Below, piece after piece: positions 9,470 to 17,777 of a stretch of DNA of 49,555 bases (position 1 is its first letter; every line of letters begins with the position of its first letter). The DNA is from Candidatus Hydrogenedentota bacterium. GTDB taxonomy: Bacteria; Hydrogenedentota; Hydrogenedentia; Hydrogenedentales; GCA-2746185. A program made the translations under genes and the position numbers. The stretch covers positions 1 to 49,555 of the forward strand of contig JAYGCN010000296.1 of NCBI GenBank assembly GCA_046583315.1. Reading direction: 5' to 3'. The notes beneath the pieces were generated by a model, which was not told where the DNA came from, made no database searches, and saw nothing but the letters and a program-made list of their open reading frames with translations.

Positions 9470-11998
9470 TCAGGAAGCCGAATCGTCGTCCCTCGCGTTC
9501 TTGCGAGTCCGTTGCCGGGATACCAGCGCTATCAGGCCGAATGCAATCAAGCTGGACACGGTTACGATTCGCGCGTATATGAATATTTCCGGTTTGTACT
9601 CCATTCTGAAATGATGCGCTCCGGCTTCCAGGGGAATTGCGCGAAACGCGACGTTGGCTGGCAATACGCGATACTCTTTCTGGGCGCTGTCGGAAAGCGC
9701 GGTGATCTTCCATCCCTCGGCATAGGCATCCGACATCATGAGCAATACCGGCGAGGGGGTCTCCACACGGATGGTAAGGTGATCGGTTGACTCATCGAGT
9801 ACATCGATCTCAAGCCTGGGTGTAGGCCCCTCCGGTTTCGGATCCGGTTCTTCTTCCAGTGTGACATGGCGGTGCGGATCGAAGCGGCCGTCTGCCATCA
9901 CGTCGAAGGCTGTTTCCCAGTCTTCGAGCACCATATATTCGGTCGCCGGATAAAATCGCGGTAAGGGGTTCTCGACGTGATAGACATATTCGACTTCGTC
10001 TTTGATAAAATGATCCCGATAGAGTCCGTAGGTCGAGCCCGTTCGCGTATATTGCAGGAAGCTGTTGAAAAAAGTATCGGTCTCAAGTTTGACGACCGTT
10101 CGACAACGGACCATTTGCAGATATTTGTCATTGTAGGTCGGACCGTCCTCGGTAAATCGGTACAGACCAAGATGCAATGCCAGCATAATCGGTTCTGAGC
10201 CATGCGTAAACAAACGGTCGGTGATTTGTTCAGCGTGTTCACGTCCTATTGTCATACCTCCGGCGAATGCTGCGTAGCGCTCCAGAATTACCGGGTCGTA
10301 GCCCCAAACTGAATGTCCGCGATAGGCCATCGCGTGGTTGTTGCTGTTGACCGGGATACCTGAAATGCTCAACATGCGCTCGTGGGGGTTTAGCGATTCG
10401 GCCGTAGCGGCGATCGTCTCGGGGATTTGCCCCTCTGCGGAAAAGGTCGCGCGATAGGTGAAGGCGAAAACCATGAGTTCAACGACGCCAAACACGAGCA
10501 GTCCAACGATGGCCTTTGGTCGCGTACGGGCGACAAACAGAAATGCTGCGGATACACCCGCCGTCAAACTGGCGAGTAACAAGCTGGCAGCGCCAAGTCC
10601 TGCGGCTTGACCGGCAAAATCCTGATTCATCTTGGTCCAGAGAAAGGTGTCCGGGTCGTCCTCGTAGCTTTTCATGAACCGCCACCAGATGCTTTCCATT
10701 TCGACGCCGCTTTTTTGCGTGTAGAGCGCGATTCCGCTCACGAGGGTCACGATGCCTATTCCGGCAGCCACCCTGGCGAGCCACTTTCCTCGCTCCGGAT
10801 GATGAATCAGATTGTGCACGCCGATACCGACCCAGGCAGCCATGAAAAATCCGGTGACCAGCAGAAACTTGGAAGGTGAGCGGAATTTGTTGAATCCGGG
10901 AACATAATCGAAGAGCCATGCGTGAAACGGCGTGTAGCGACCCAATGCCACGAAGACGGTAAAGAGTGTCAGCGCGATCGTGATGCGTCGCAAGGCAACG
11001 TGTTCGCGACCGAAAGCGTTTACCATCAGAATGAGACCCACGATGCCCATGTACATCGAGACATCCCAAAACCCCCAGCGTCCCCAGGGCCACAGGTTTA
11101 TGATATCGCCGAAAAAGGCCGGTGCCAGCATCGTTAGCATGTTTTCCGGCGGGAAACTGTAGGTCGAGCCGAATTCGTAGGACATGTCAGTGCCGCGTAT
11201 GCTCTCCATGCCGGTCGCGACACCGGGCCATAGTTGCAAGGCGCCGATAAACAAGGGGAGTCCGGCTACGAGGACGAGTTCGATCAGGGAAACGACACGC
11301 ACGCCGCCGTGAATCAATCGGAGTACGGTGTACACCGCTGTGCAGATGGCGCAGATGAAGAGGGATTGCGGGTAGGCCGCGTAAATCATGAGTGCCGTGC
11401 TTGCGATTCCTACGATGCACCAGGGCGAGGGGAAACGCTCGCGTTTGGCGTCGTCAATAATCGCGTCCACGGAGAGTAACAGGAGTGGAAACCAGGCCAT
11501 GTTGGCAAGGACGTTGACTTGCCCTGCGAGGACGCGGAGATAGGTGCAACCACAAAGCATCACGACGATGCCCGCGTATGTGGATGCGGCCCAGTGGAGT
11601 TTCCATCGATTCAGCCATAACATCGTGAAGAAGCCGAAGATGAAGAGGTGTACCGCCATGTCCAGATTGATGGCCTTGGCGATGGGCAGGATCAGGTAGA
11701 TGATGTTGGGCGGATACAACAGCGCGGGCTGCATGCTTCCCAGATAGGGCGATCCGGAAAAAATGTAGGGGTTCCAGAGTGGGAGATTGCCGTTGCGCAT
11801 TTCCTCGAAGCCGAGTCCGCGCAGAAACACATGGTATTGGGCAGCATCGCCCTGAGCGTGGGAGATGACGGTATCACCGGGGAGCAGCAACAAATCCCAG
11901 AACAGCGCGAATACAACCAAGGCCAACAGGCCCGCGCCGATGCAAAGCTGTTTTCGAGTGGCCCCGTCTGTCTGCGTCTCGGCTGCGTTGTCAAGCAT
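9470..11998 (-). CDS. YfhO-family (GT-C-like) polytopic membrane protein
   Basis: Many TM helices; GNLPLWNPYIFSGSPY..LLYPPN, YMGI, PGFNKFRSPSKF, SDAYAEGWK..ANVAFRAIPLEAGAHHFRMEYKP plus a final TM. Confidence 0.85.
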   Translation of the reverse strand: MLDNAAETQTDGATRKQLCIGAGLLALVVFALFWDLLLLPGDTVISHAQGDAAQYHVFLRGLGFEEMRNGNLPLWNPYIFSGSPYLGSMQPALLYPPNIIYLILPIAKAINLDMAVHLFIFGFFTMLWLNRWKLHWAASTYAGIVVMLCGCTYLRVLAGQVNVLANMAWFPLLLLSVDAIIDDAKRERFPSPWCIVGIASTALMIYAAYPQSLFICAICTAVYTVLRLIHGGVRVVSLIELVLVAGLPLFIGALQLWPGVATGMESIRGTDMSYEFGSTYSFPPENMLTMLAPAFFGDIINLWPWGRWGFWDVSMYMGIVGLILMVNAFGREHVALRRITIALTLFTVFVALGRYTPFHAWLFDYVPGFNKFRSPSKFLLVTGFFMAAWVGIGVHNLIHHPERGKWLARVAAGIGIVTLVSGIALYTQKSGVEMESIWWRFMKSYEDDPDTFLWTKMNQDFAGQAAGLGAASLLLASLTAGVSAAFLFVARTRPKAIVGLLVFGVVELMVFAFTYRATFSAEGQIPETIAATAESLNPHERMLSISGIPVNSNNHAMAYRGHSVWGYDPVILERYAAFAGGMTIGREHAEQITDRLFTHGSEPIMLALHLGLYRFTEDGPTYNDKYLQMVRCRTVVKLETDTFFNSFLQYTRTGSTYGLYRDHFIKDEVEYVYHVENPLPRFYPATEYMVLEDWETAFDVMADGRFDPHRHVTLEEEPDPKPEGPTPRLEIDVLDESTDHLTIRVETPSPVLLMMSDAYAEGWKITALSDSAQKEYRVLPANVAFRAIPLEAGAHHFRMEYKPEIFIYARIVTVSSLIAFGLIALVSRQRTRKNARDDDSAS

Positions 11999-12086
11999 GA
12001 GGAACTGCGATCATTTTGACATGACTAAACATTTTCTGAGTATCGCAGACGGGGTGATGTCATGCAAACACGCCACCATGCAAGAG

Positions 12087-13391
12087 TTAGTCAGCAGCAG
12101 GTGCCTCACCTTTTCGGGCCTGGAAAATTAACTCGCCACGGCAGATGTAATCGTGGTCGAGAATCTCGAATCCGCGGGATTCCAGCGCCTCGGTGAGCAA
12201 CTTGAAGGTATAAAAGGTGACGTGTTCATCGGCGTAGGCATCGGGTTTCACCTTACCGTAGAGCCATTCGATCCAGACCCATTCCCAGCGGTCGTAGTCG
12301 GGGGTGCCGAGCACGATTGTGCCGCCCGGTTTCAGGATTCGGGTGAGTTCGTCAATGTGGATGCCGTTTTCTTCGGGGATGTGTTCGATCACTTCGGAAC
12401 TGATGACGCAATCGAACTGTTCGTCTGCAAAGGGCAGCAACATGCCGTCGCCCTGGGTGAGGTGTGTGTTGGTGTTGCGCATGTACGCCAGTTTGTCGTG
12501 TCGCAAATCGACGCCGATGGAATGGGGCAGATCAGCGAGAATGTGGCTACTGCCGCAACCGATGTCGCAGGTGGTGACGTTGGGTGGCACGAAGCGCATG
12601 ATGATGCTGTGACGTTTTCGTTGCCAATAGCGTTGCAGGGGAATCCAGCTGTTGTGTGCGCGCCAATCGTAGTCGGGGAAATTCACCGAATTGCGCACTT
12701 TGCGGATTTGGCGGAACAGGCGCAGGTAATCTTTGCCGAATTCGAGTACCCGCGCTTTGGACGAACCCTCGCCGCGGGGTTGATAGTGAAAGGGGATTTC
12801 CTGGATCGTGAATCCGTTGGAGTAGGCTTTGAGCAAGAGCTCAATTACGATTACAAAATTGGGGAAATCGATGTCGAGTCGACTCAGAATATTTTTGCGG
12901 TAAATGCGGAATCCGCTGGACATGTCCAGTACTTTGATGGAGAGACCTTTTCCGAAGAAGGTATTGAGAATCTTGCTGAGTTGTAAACGCACCCAGGGCT
13001 GATTGGCCTCGCCGCCTTTGACGTAGCGTGAGGCGATGGTCATGTCGACTTCTTCACGGACGGCCCAGAGCTCTTTTACGATTTGCGCGGGATGGGACAG
13101 GTCCGCATCCATGGTCAAGACATAGGTGCCTTTGGCCTCGGCGAATCCGCGCAGGATAGCCGCGCCATAGCCAGGTAAATCTTCGGCGACGTAGGTTCCT
13201 CCCTCACGTTCCACGATTTCAGGGGTGCCGTCTTTGGAATTTCCGTCAACAATCAGGGCTTCCCACTGGATGCCGAGCTCGTTGAGCGATTCACGCAAAA
13301 CGGGCAAAAGCACCTCTAAATTGGGCCCCTCATTGAGTGTCGGAATAATTATGGATAGATCAAGCGTGTTCGGCTGGAGTTTGATTTGCAT
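12087..13391 (-). CDS. GT2 polyprenyl-phosphate glycosyltransferase (DPM1-like) fused to a class I SAM-dependent methyltransferase
   Basis: LSIIIPTLNE, IVDGNSKDGT, MDADLSHP, ASRY, DMSSGFR, EIPFHYQPRGEGSSK; the C-terminal half has DIGCGS and LPFADEQFDCVISSEVIEHI..RILKPGG. Confidence 0.88.
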   Translation of the reverse strand: MQIKLQPNTLDLSIIIPTLNEGPNLEVLLPVLRESLNELGIQWEALIVDGNSKDGTPEIVEREGGTYVAEDLPGYGAAILRGFAEAKGTYVLTMDADLSHPAQIVKELWAVREEVDMTIASRYVKGGEANQPWVRLQLSKILNTFFGKGLSIKVLDMSSGFRIYRKNILSRLDIDFPNFVIVIELLLKAYSNGFTIQEIPFHYQPRGEGSSKARVLEFGKDYLRLFRQIRKVRNSVNFPDYDWRAHNSWIPLQRYWQRKRHSIIMRFVPPNVTTCDIGCGSSHILADLPHSIGVDLRHDKLAYMRNTNTHLTQGDGMLLPFADEQFDCVISSEVIEHIPEENGIHIDELTRILKPGGTIVLGTPDYDRWEWVWIEWLYGKVKPDAYADEHVTFYTFKLLTEALESRGFEILDHDYICRGELIFQARKGEAPAAD

Positions 13392-13491
13392 CGGGCGGAT
13401 CCATTTGAGGCGTAAATATAGGGGTAAGTAATACCATATTGGCCTAAAGATTGTCTAGCGGGACACGATTCACAGTCATTTCGCGTAGACA

Positions 13492-13520
13492 TTGACGGCA
13501 TCGTCAGAATAACGTATCTT
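13492..13520 (+). promoter_or_regulatory. sigma70-type promoter for the carotenoid oxygenase gene
   Basis: TTGACG-N17-TATCTT; a TGACG-N4-CGTCA palindrome (13493-13506) overlaps the -35. Confidence 0.5.
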
Positions 13521-13613
13521 GGATGTCGAAACGTAATCACCTGAGGTCGAGTCCAACAGAGTCCTATTGCGACGACGTAATTCACGGAACCAATCAACCG
13601 AGGAGACACCCAC

Positions 13614-15182
13614 ATGTGTAAAAGCTTGTATACCCGCCAGGAAATCCATCAGCTCCATAAACAGAGTGGATTGACCCGCCGGGAGTTCGGAAAGCTCCTG
13701 GGCGCGTTGGGATTGCTGGGATACATTGACTCTCACTCAATAGCGATGGCGGCATCAACGGGGCCGAGCCAAATCGGCATGCTGGCCAATCAGACGGCTG
13801 GCGCGGAAGGCACGTGGTGGCTCAAAGATATCGAAGGCGAAATCCCAAAGGAAATCAACGGTACGCTTTATCGAACGGCGCCGGGTGAAAGTGAGCGCTT
13901 TGGCGTGAAATTCAAGCATGCCTTTGACGGGGATGCGTTTGTGTCTGGATACAGCATGAGGGACGGCAAGCTTTGGCTGAACGCGCGATTCGTTAATTCC
14001 CCCGAGCGCATCAAGGAGCAGGCCGCCGGAAAAATGATGTATTCGGAATTCGGCACATTGGCACCGGGAGCCAAGGGGCCGACCAACAAGAATCAACCGA
14101 GCGTGAATATCATTCCTTGGGACGGACGACTGCTGGGACTCTCCGAGGGCGGGCATCCGACGGCGGTCAACGCGCAGGATATGTCATTTGAAGCGTATTG
14201 GGACTTTCACGGTACGCTGCCCAAGAACGTATCGTTCACGGCGCATCCGAAATACGATCCGGCGACGGGCGAGGGCTTTGCTTATGGGATGGAACAGGGG
14301 CCGAGCATGGCGTTATGTGTTTTCCGCATGAATCCGGAGGACGGTACCTTGACGATGCTGCATAAGGTGCCGCAAAAGGGATTCTTCATGTTGCACGACA
14401 TGTTTATTACGACGAATCATTTCGTATTCGCCATTCCCCCGGTGAAATACAATCTTGGCGCGCTGTTCTCCGGGAAGGTATCGGTCGCGCAGGCGATCAA
14501 GTATTTTGAGAAGGAGCCGCTGCGTTTCATTATTCTCAAACGCAACGGCAGTGGCAAACCCATCGTCATCGAACAACCCGCCAACATGTGCTTTCACAAC
14601 GGTAACGCCTTCGAGAAAGACGGTAAAATCATCGTTGATACGTTTTTGCAGCCGGATGGGTATGTGCTGGAGTCCCTTCAATCCATAGACAAAAATGGAA
14701 ACCTGCCCGCCATTGAACAGCCGTCTCGATTCACACGGTTTACCATCGATCTCGAAAAAGCCGAAATAATCAGCCGTACAGAAATCGCCGAAGACCAGGA
14801 TTTCCCCCGTTTCGACATCCGTCAATCCGGGAAGGAAGCAAAACACCTGTATGTCGGGGAGGGGGATACGGAAGATAACGATCCGCTCCGAATCCGGCGT
14901 ATCGTTCGTCATGACTTCGGCGGCGGTCAATCCGTTTTTGCGGAAGCTTCAAAACGACAGAGTTTCGGCGAGCCGGTATTCGCGCCGAAGTCAGGGCCGG
15001 CCACCGAAGACAACGGTTGGATTATGAATCTCATCTACGACGGAGACCGCAACGAGACGGCACTCGACATTCGCGATGCCGCCACCCTGGAACTCCAGGC
15101 ACGTGCATGGACAGGCCAAGATATTCCACTGGGATTCCATGGCAACTTCATGCCCGGCTGGCACGTGAACGAGCCGGCATAG
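13614..15182 (+). CDS. Carotenoid cleavage oxygenase (RPE65/CCO/LSD family) with Tat-like signal
   Basis: IEGEIPKEINGTLYRTAPG, HAFDGD, four Fe-ligand His (TAHPK, MLHD, FHNGN, GFHG), DFPR, GEPVF; N-terminal TRREFGKLLGALGLL; GAGGAG RBS. Confidence 0.92.
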   Translation: MCKSLYTRQEIHQLHKQSGLTRREFGKLLGALGLLGYIDSHSIAMAASTGPSQIGMLANQTAGAEGTWWLKDIEGEIPKEINGTLYRTAPGESERFGVKFKHAFDGDAFVSGYSMRDGKLWLNARFVNSPERIKEQAAGKMMYSEFGTLAPGAKGPTNKNQPSVNIIPWDGRLLGLSEGGHPTAVNAQDMSFEAYWDFHGTLPKNVSFTAHPKYDPATGEGFAYGMEQGPSMALCVFRMNPEDGTLTMLHKVPQKGFFMLHDMFITTNHFVFAIPPVKYNLGALFSGKVSVAQAIKYFEKEPLRFIILKRNGSGKPIVIEQPANMCFHNGNAFEKDGKIIVDTFLQPDGYVLESLQSIDKNGNLPAIEQPSRFTRFTIDLEKAEIISRTEIAEDQDFPRFDIRQSGKEAKHLYVGEGDTEDNDPLRIRRIVRHDFGGGQSVFAEASKRQSFGEPVFAPKSGPATEDNGWIMNLIYDGDRNETALDIRDAATLELQARAWTGQDIPLGFHGNFMPGWHVNEPA

Positions 15183-15185
15183 AAA

Positions 15186-15220
15186 ATCCCGCTCCGCAAG
15201 CGATGCCCACGAAGCGGGAT
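15186..15220. terminator. Hairpin between convergent genes, probable terminator
   Basis: ATCCCGCT...AGCGGGAT 8-bp stem; the flanking A-run gives a U-tail on the minus strand. Confidence 0.55.
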
Positions 15221-15247
15221 GGTCTCACTTTAAAAGGTGTATATGGA

Positions 15248-16717
15248 TTAGTGCGGCGAGTTTCCGCTACCGCCATGTTCACCACGACTGCCTCTGCGAC
15301 CGGAGTTCATGCGTTTCATCGCAGTTTCAGCTTCTTCTACGCTGATTGCGTTGTCGCCATTGGTGTCGACCATCGGGAAGAATCCCTGCATGCGCTCTGG
15401 CATTTCACTGAGCTGCAGTAGACCATCGCCATTTTCGTCCAGAGTGCCGATCATTTCGACGAGATTGAATCCGCCGCCGCCGCGACGACCGCTTCCGCCG
15501 CCACTTCTACCGAACATTGGGCTGGCGTTTTCGCTGTCATCGATGAAGGACATGAAGCCGAAGCTCATTTCATCGGTGGTAGGCTCTCCCCAGGTCACAG
15601 ACTTGCTGGAATCAGGGTTGAAGGGGTTACCGTCCGAGTTATCCCACCAGGAAGTGAATTCGATTTCCGTACCGGCAGGAATCTGCTTGAACTCTTTATA
15701 GAGGTAGCTTGTCTGCCAATTGAAGTCGTACTCGGGTACTTCGAGCAGTACTTCGCTCGTACCGTCCGGGTAGAACGCTTCGTACTTGGCTGCTTTACCG
15801 CGCAGGTGCATGTGAGGGGTGAAGTTGATGATTTGGGTGTTGTGCTCAAATTTCTGACGTGAGGAGATGGAGTAATTGTCATCGCCTGCCGGAATGCGGA
15901 AGTCGAAACGACCCAAAGGCGCACCACTCAAGTGGTATTTCGGACTTTCACCCTTCGGGTAAAACTTCAGGCCGATGCGGGACTGATCCCATTCACCCGT
16001 TCCCGGGCCCGGCTCTTTGTGGTAATGCATCTGCCAGCTCACGTTCATGCCGGCTTCAAAATGCATGCCGATGTCTTCAGGGTACACATTAGGATCATTA
16101 CCCGGTGCGATACCGCCAAGAGGCTGGGAAATGATGTGGTGAACCACTTTACTGCCCGGCTTGAATTCGATAGCACTGATAAAGCGCGACTCAGGCATCT
16201 GCTCTTCTGTGATTTTGCTATTGAAGCGGACGTACAAATCTTCCACGTCGTCTTCCACGAAATAACGTTCCGGCATTTCCAGAATCAAATCGGGTGTGCC
16301 GATTTGCCATTCGCTGTCGCTCCATTTGAGCGGTGCCGGTGCGTCGGTCGGGTTACCGCGTTTGGTGCCCTGCACAACCCACGCCACGATGGTGTCAATT
16401 TCACCCTGCGACATTGCGCGCTCATTCTTGAACACGCCGTGATACTTCTCGTCCGCGTGCCAAGGCGGCATCTTTTTGGTGGAGACGTTTTTCGCGATGG
16501 ATTTTGCCCAGGGACGAACTTCCTGGTAGGTCGTCAACGCCATCGGCGCGACCATTCCGCCGAGGTTCGCACCATTTGGACGGTGACATACCTGACAATT
16601 CTCCTGGAGAATTGGCAGTACATCCTTGGTAAAGGTTGGGGTGTTTGCGGCCTCAGCGGATTGTCCCATCGTCAGGACACCTGCAAAGGCGACTCCCAAA
16701 AGAGCAGTCTTGCGCAT
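15248..16717 (-). CDS. Secreted cytochrome c + copper type II (PHM/DBH-like) monooxygenase domain protein with C-terminal EF-hands
   Basis: Sec signal ending AEA-A; PTFTKDVLPILQENCQVCH..MPPW; VVHH, QMHY, PHMHLRGK, YDFNWQ, DEM; EF-hands DENGDGLLQLSE and DTNGDNAISVEE. Confidence 0.85.
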   Translation of the reverse strand: MRKTALLGVAFAGVLTMGQSAEAANTPTFTKDVLPILQENCQVCHRPNGANLGGMVAPMALTTYQEVRPWAKSIAKNVSTKKMPPWHADEKYHGVFKNERAMSQGEIDTIVAWVVQGTKRGNPTDAPAPLKWSDSEWQIGTPDLILEMPERYFVEDDVEDLYVRFNSKITEEQMPESRFISAIEFKPGSKVVHHIISQPLGGIAPGNDPNVYPEDIGMHFEAGMNVSWQMHYHKEPGPGTGEWDQSRIGLKFYPKGESPKYHLSGAPLGRFDFRIPAGDDNYSISSRQKFEHNTQIINFTPHMHLRGKAAKYEAFYPDGTSEVLLEVPEYDFNWQTSYLYKEFKQIPAGTEIEFTSWWDNSDGNPFNPDSSKSVTWGEPTTDEMSFGFMSFIDDSENASPMFGRSGGGSGRRGGGGFNLVEMIGTLDENGDGLLQLSEMPERMQGFFPMVDTNGDNAISVEEAETAMKRMNSGRRGSRGEHGGSGNSPH

Positions 16718-16771
16718 GAATGAACTCCTTCTCGTTGCGCGGAGACCGCGCGTTCTATAGCATGGTTTCGA

Positions 16772-16795
16772 ATGAATGTGTCACGAAACATTCAT
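16772..16795. promoter_or_regulatory. Operator-like inverted repeat upstream of the copper monooxygenase gene
   Basis: ATGAATGT-N8-ACATTCAT, a perfect 8-bp inverted repeat 55 nt upstream of the start codon. Confidence 0.5.
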
Positions 16796-16881
16796 AAGGT
16801 TACAACGTTTCGAACACAGATTATCTTTCATTTTGAACCCCAAATGCACATAAAGGCCCCTCACGAATTTGGATTATACCG

Positions 16882-16894
16882 TAAGTTGCTGATA
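16882..16894 (-). promoter_or_regulatory. IHF-like binding site
   Basis: Minus strand TATCAGCAACTTA, one mismatch to WATCAANNNNTTR. Confidence 0.4.
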
Positions 16895-16903
16895 TGTAAG
16901 TGC

Positions 16904-17641
16904 TTACGACAAGATCAGACCGCCATCCACGATGATCGTTTGCCCTACAATATATTCCGCCAATGGGGATGCGAGAAATAGCGCGGGGCCGGCCATGTCT
17001 GCGGGTGTACCCATGCGATGCAGCGGAATATTGCGTAAGGAGGCTTCCAGACGCTCCGGATGCTCGGTGGTCACTTTGGTGAGTTTGGTGTCCACCAGAC
17101 CCGGCGCGATGCCGTTGACGCGAATGCCCTCTGTGACCCAGGCTTCTCCGAGTGTTTTGGTGAGGCTTACTGCGGCTGCCTTGGAGGCGGCGTAGGCGGG
17201 ATTTCCTTTGGCGGATTTGAAGCCTGCGACTGAGCTGACAATGATGATCGAACCCTTGGAATCGGATAGCAATCCTTGAAATTTTCGCGCGCATTGCATG
17301 ACGGAATGAATGTTCACGTCCATGACCGCGTCCCAGCCGGGCTTGTCGAATTCGGCGCGTCGGTATTGCACGGTGCCTTGGCACAGGATTAGCACGTCGA
17401 GTCCGTCGAAGGGGGGCGCATACGCTTCCAGCGCGTCGGCATCGGAAACATTGACGCCCGCGTAGTGCAGACCTTCGAGATTGGACCCCTCTTCACCATC
17501 GTAGTCGGAGGCATTTGCCCGTGTACCCCATACGTGTACTTCGGCGCCGTGTTCGCGAAAGGCGTGGGCCATGCCGTTGCCAATGCCGCTGGAGCCTCCA
17601 ACGATCAATACCCGTTTCCCGCTGTAATCAAAGTCACTCAT
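16904..17641 (-). CDS. SDR family oxidoreductase
   Basis: GGSSGIG, YAASK, RVNGIAPG, VDGG; start moved to MSDFDY at 17641, which has a GGAGG RBS. Confidence 0.9.
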   Translation of the reverse strand: MSDFDYSGKRVLIVGGSSGIGNGMAHAFREHGAEVHVWGTRANASDYDGEEGSNLEGLHYAGVNVSDADALEAYAPPFDGLDVLILCQGTVQYRRAEFDKPGWDAVMDVNIHSVMQCARKFQGLLSDSKGSIIIVSSVAGFKSAKGNPAYAASKAAAVSLTKTLGEAWVTEGIRVNGIAPGLVDTKLTKVTTEHPERLEASLRNIPLHRMGTPADMAGPALFLASPLAEYIVGQTIIVDGGLILS

Positions 17642-17777
17642 GGTATACGTCCTCCAGAAATTAAGGGCTGAATCCGATTGGCAGTGTAGCAAATGGGCTC
17701 TGCGTTGCCAATTGGACCGCAACGATGTTGTATGGTACATTGCTACTTTGTAAAGAGCCGATGGAAAGGGATACTGG

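Noticed and set aside
15460..15510. (CCG)n-like tandem repeats here and at 48793-48815
   Set aside because: They encode Gly-rich linkers inside CDSs, not CRISPR or contingency repeats.
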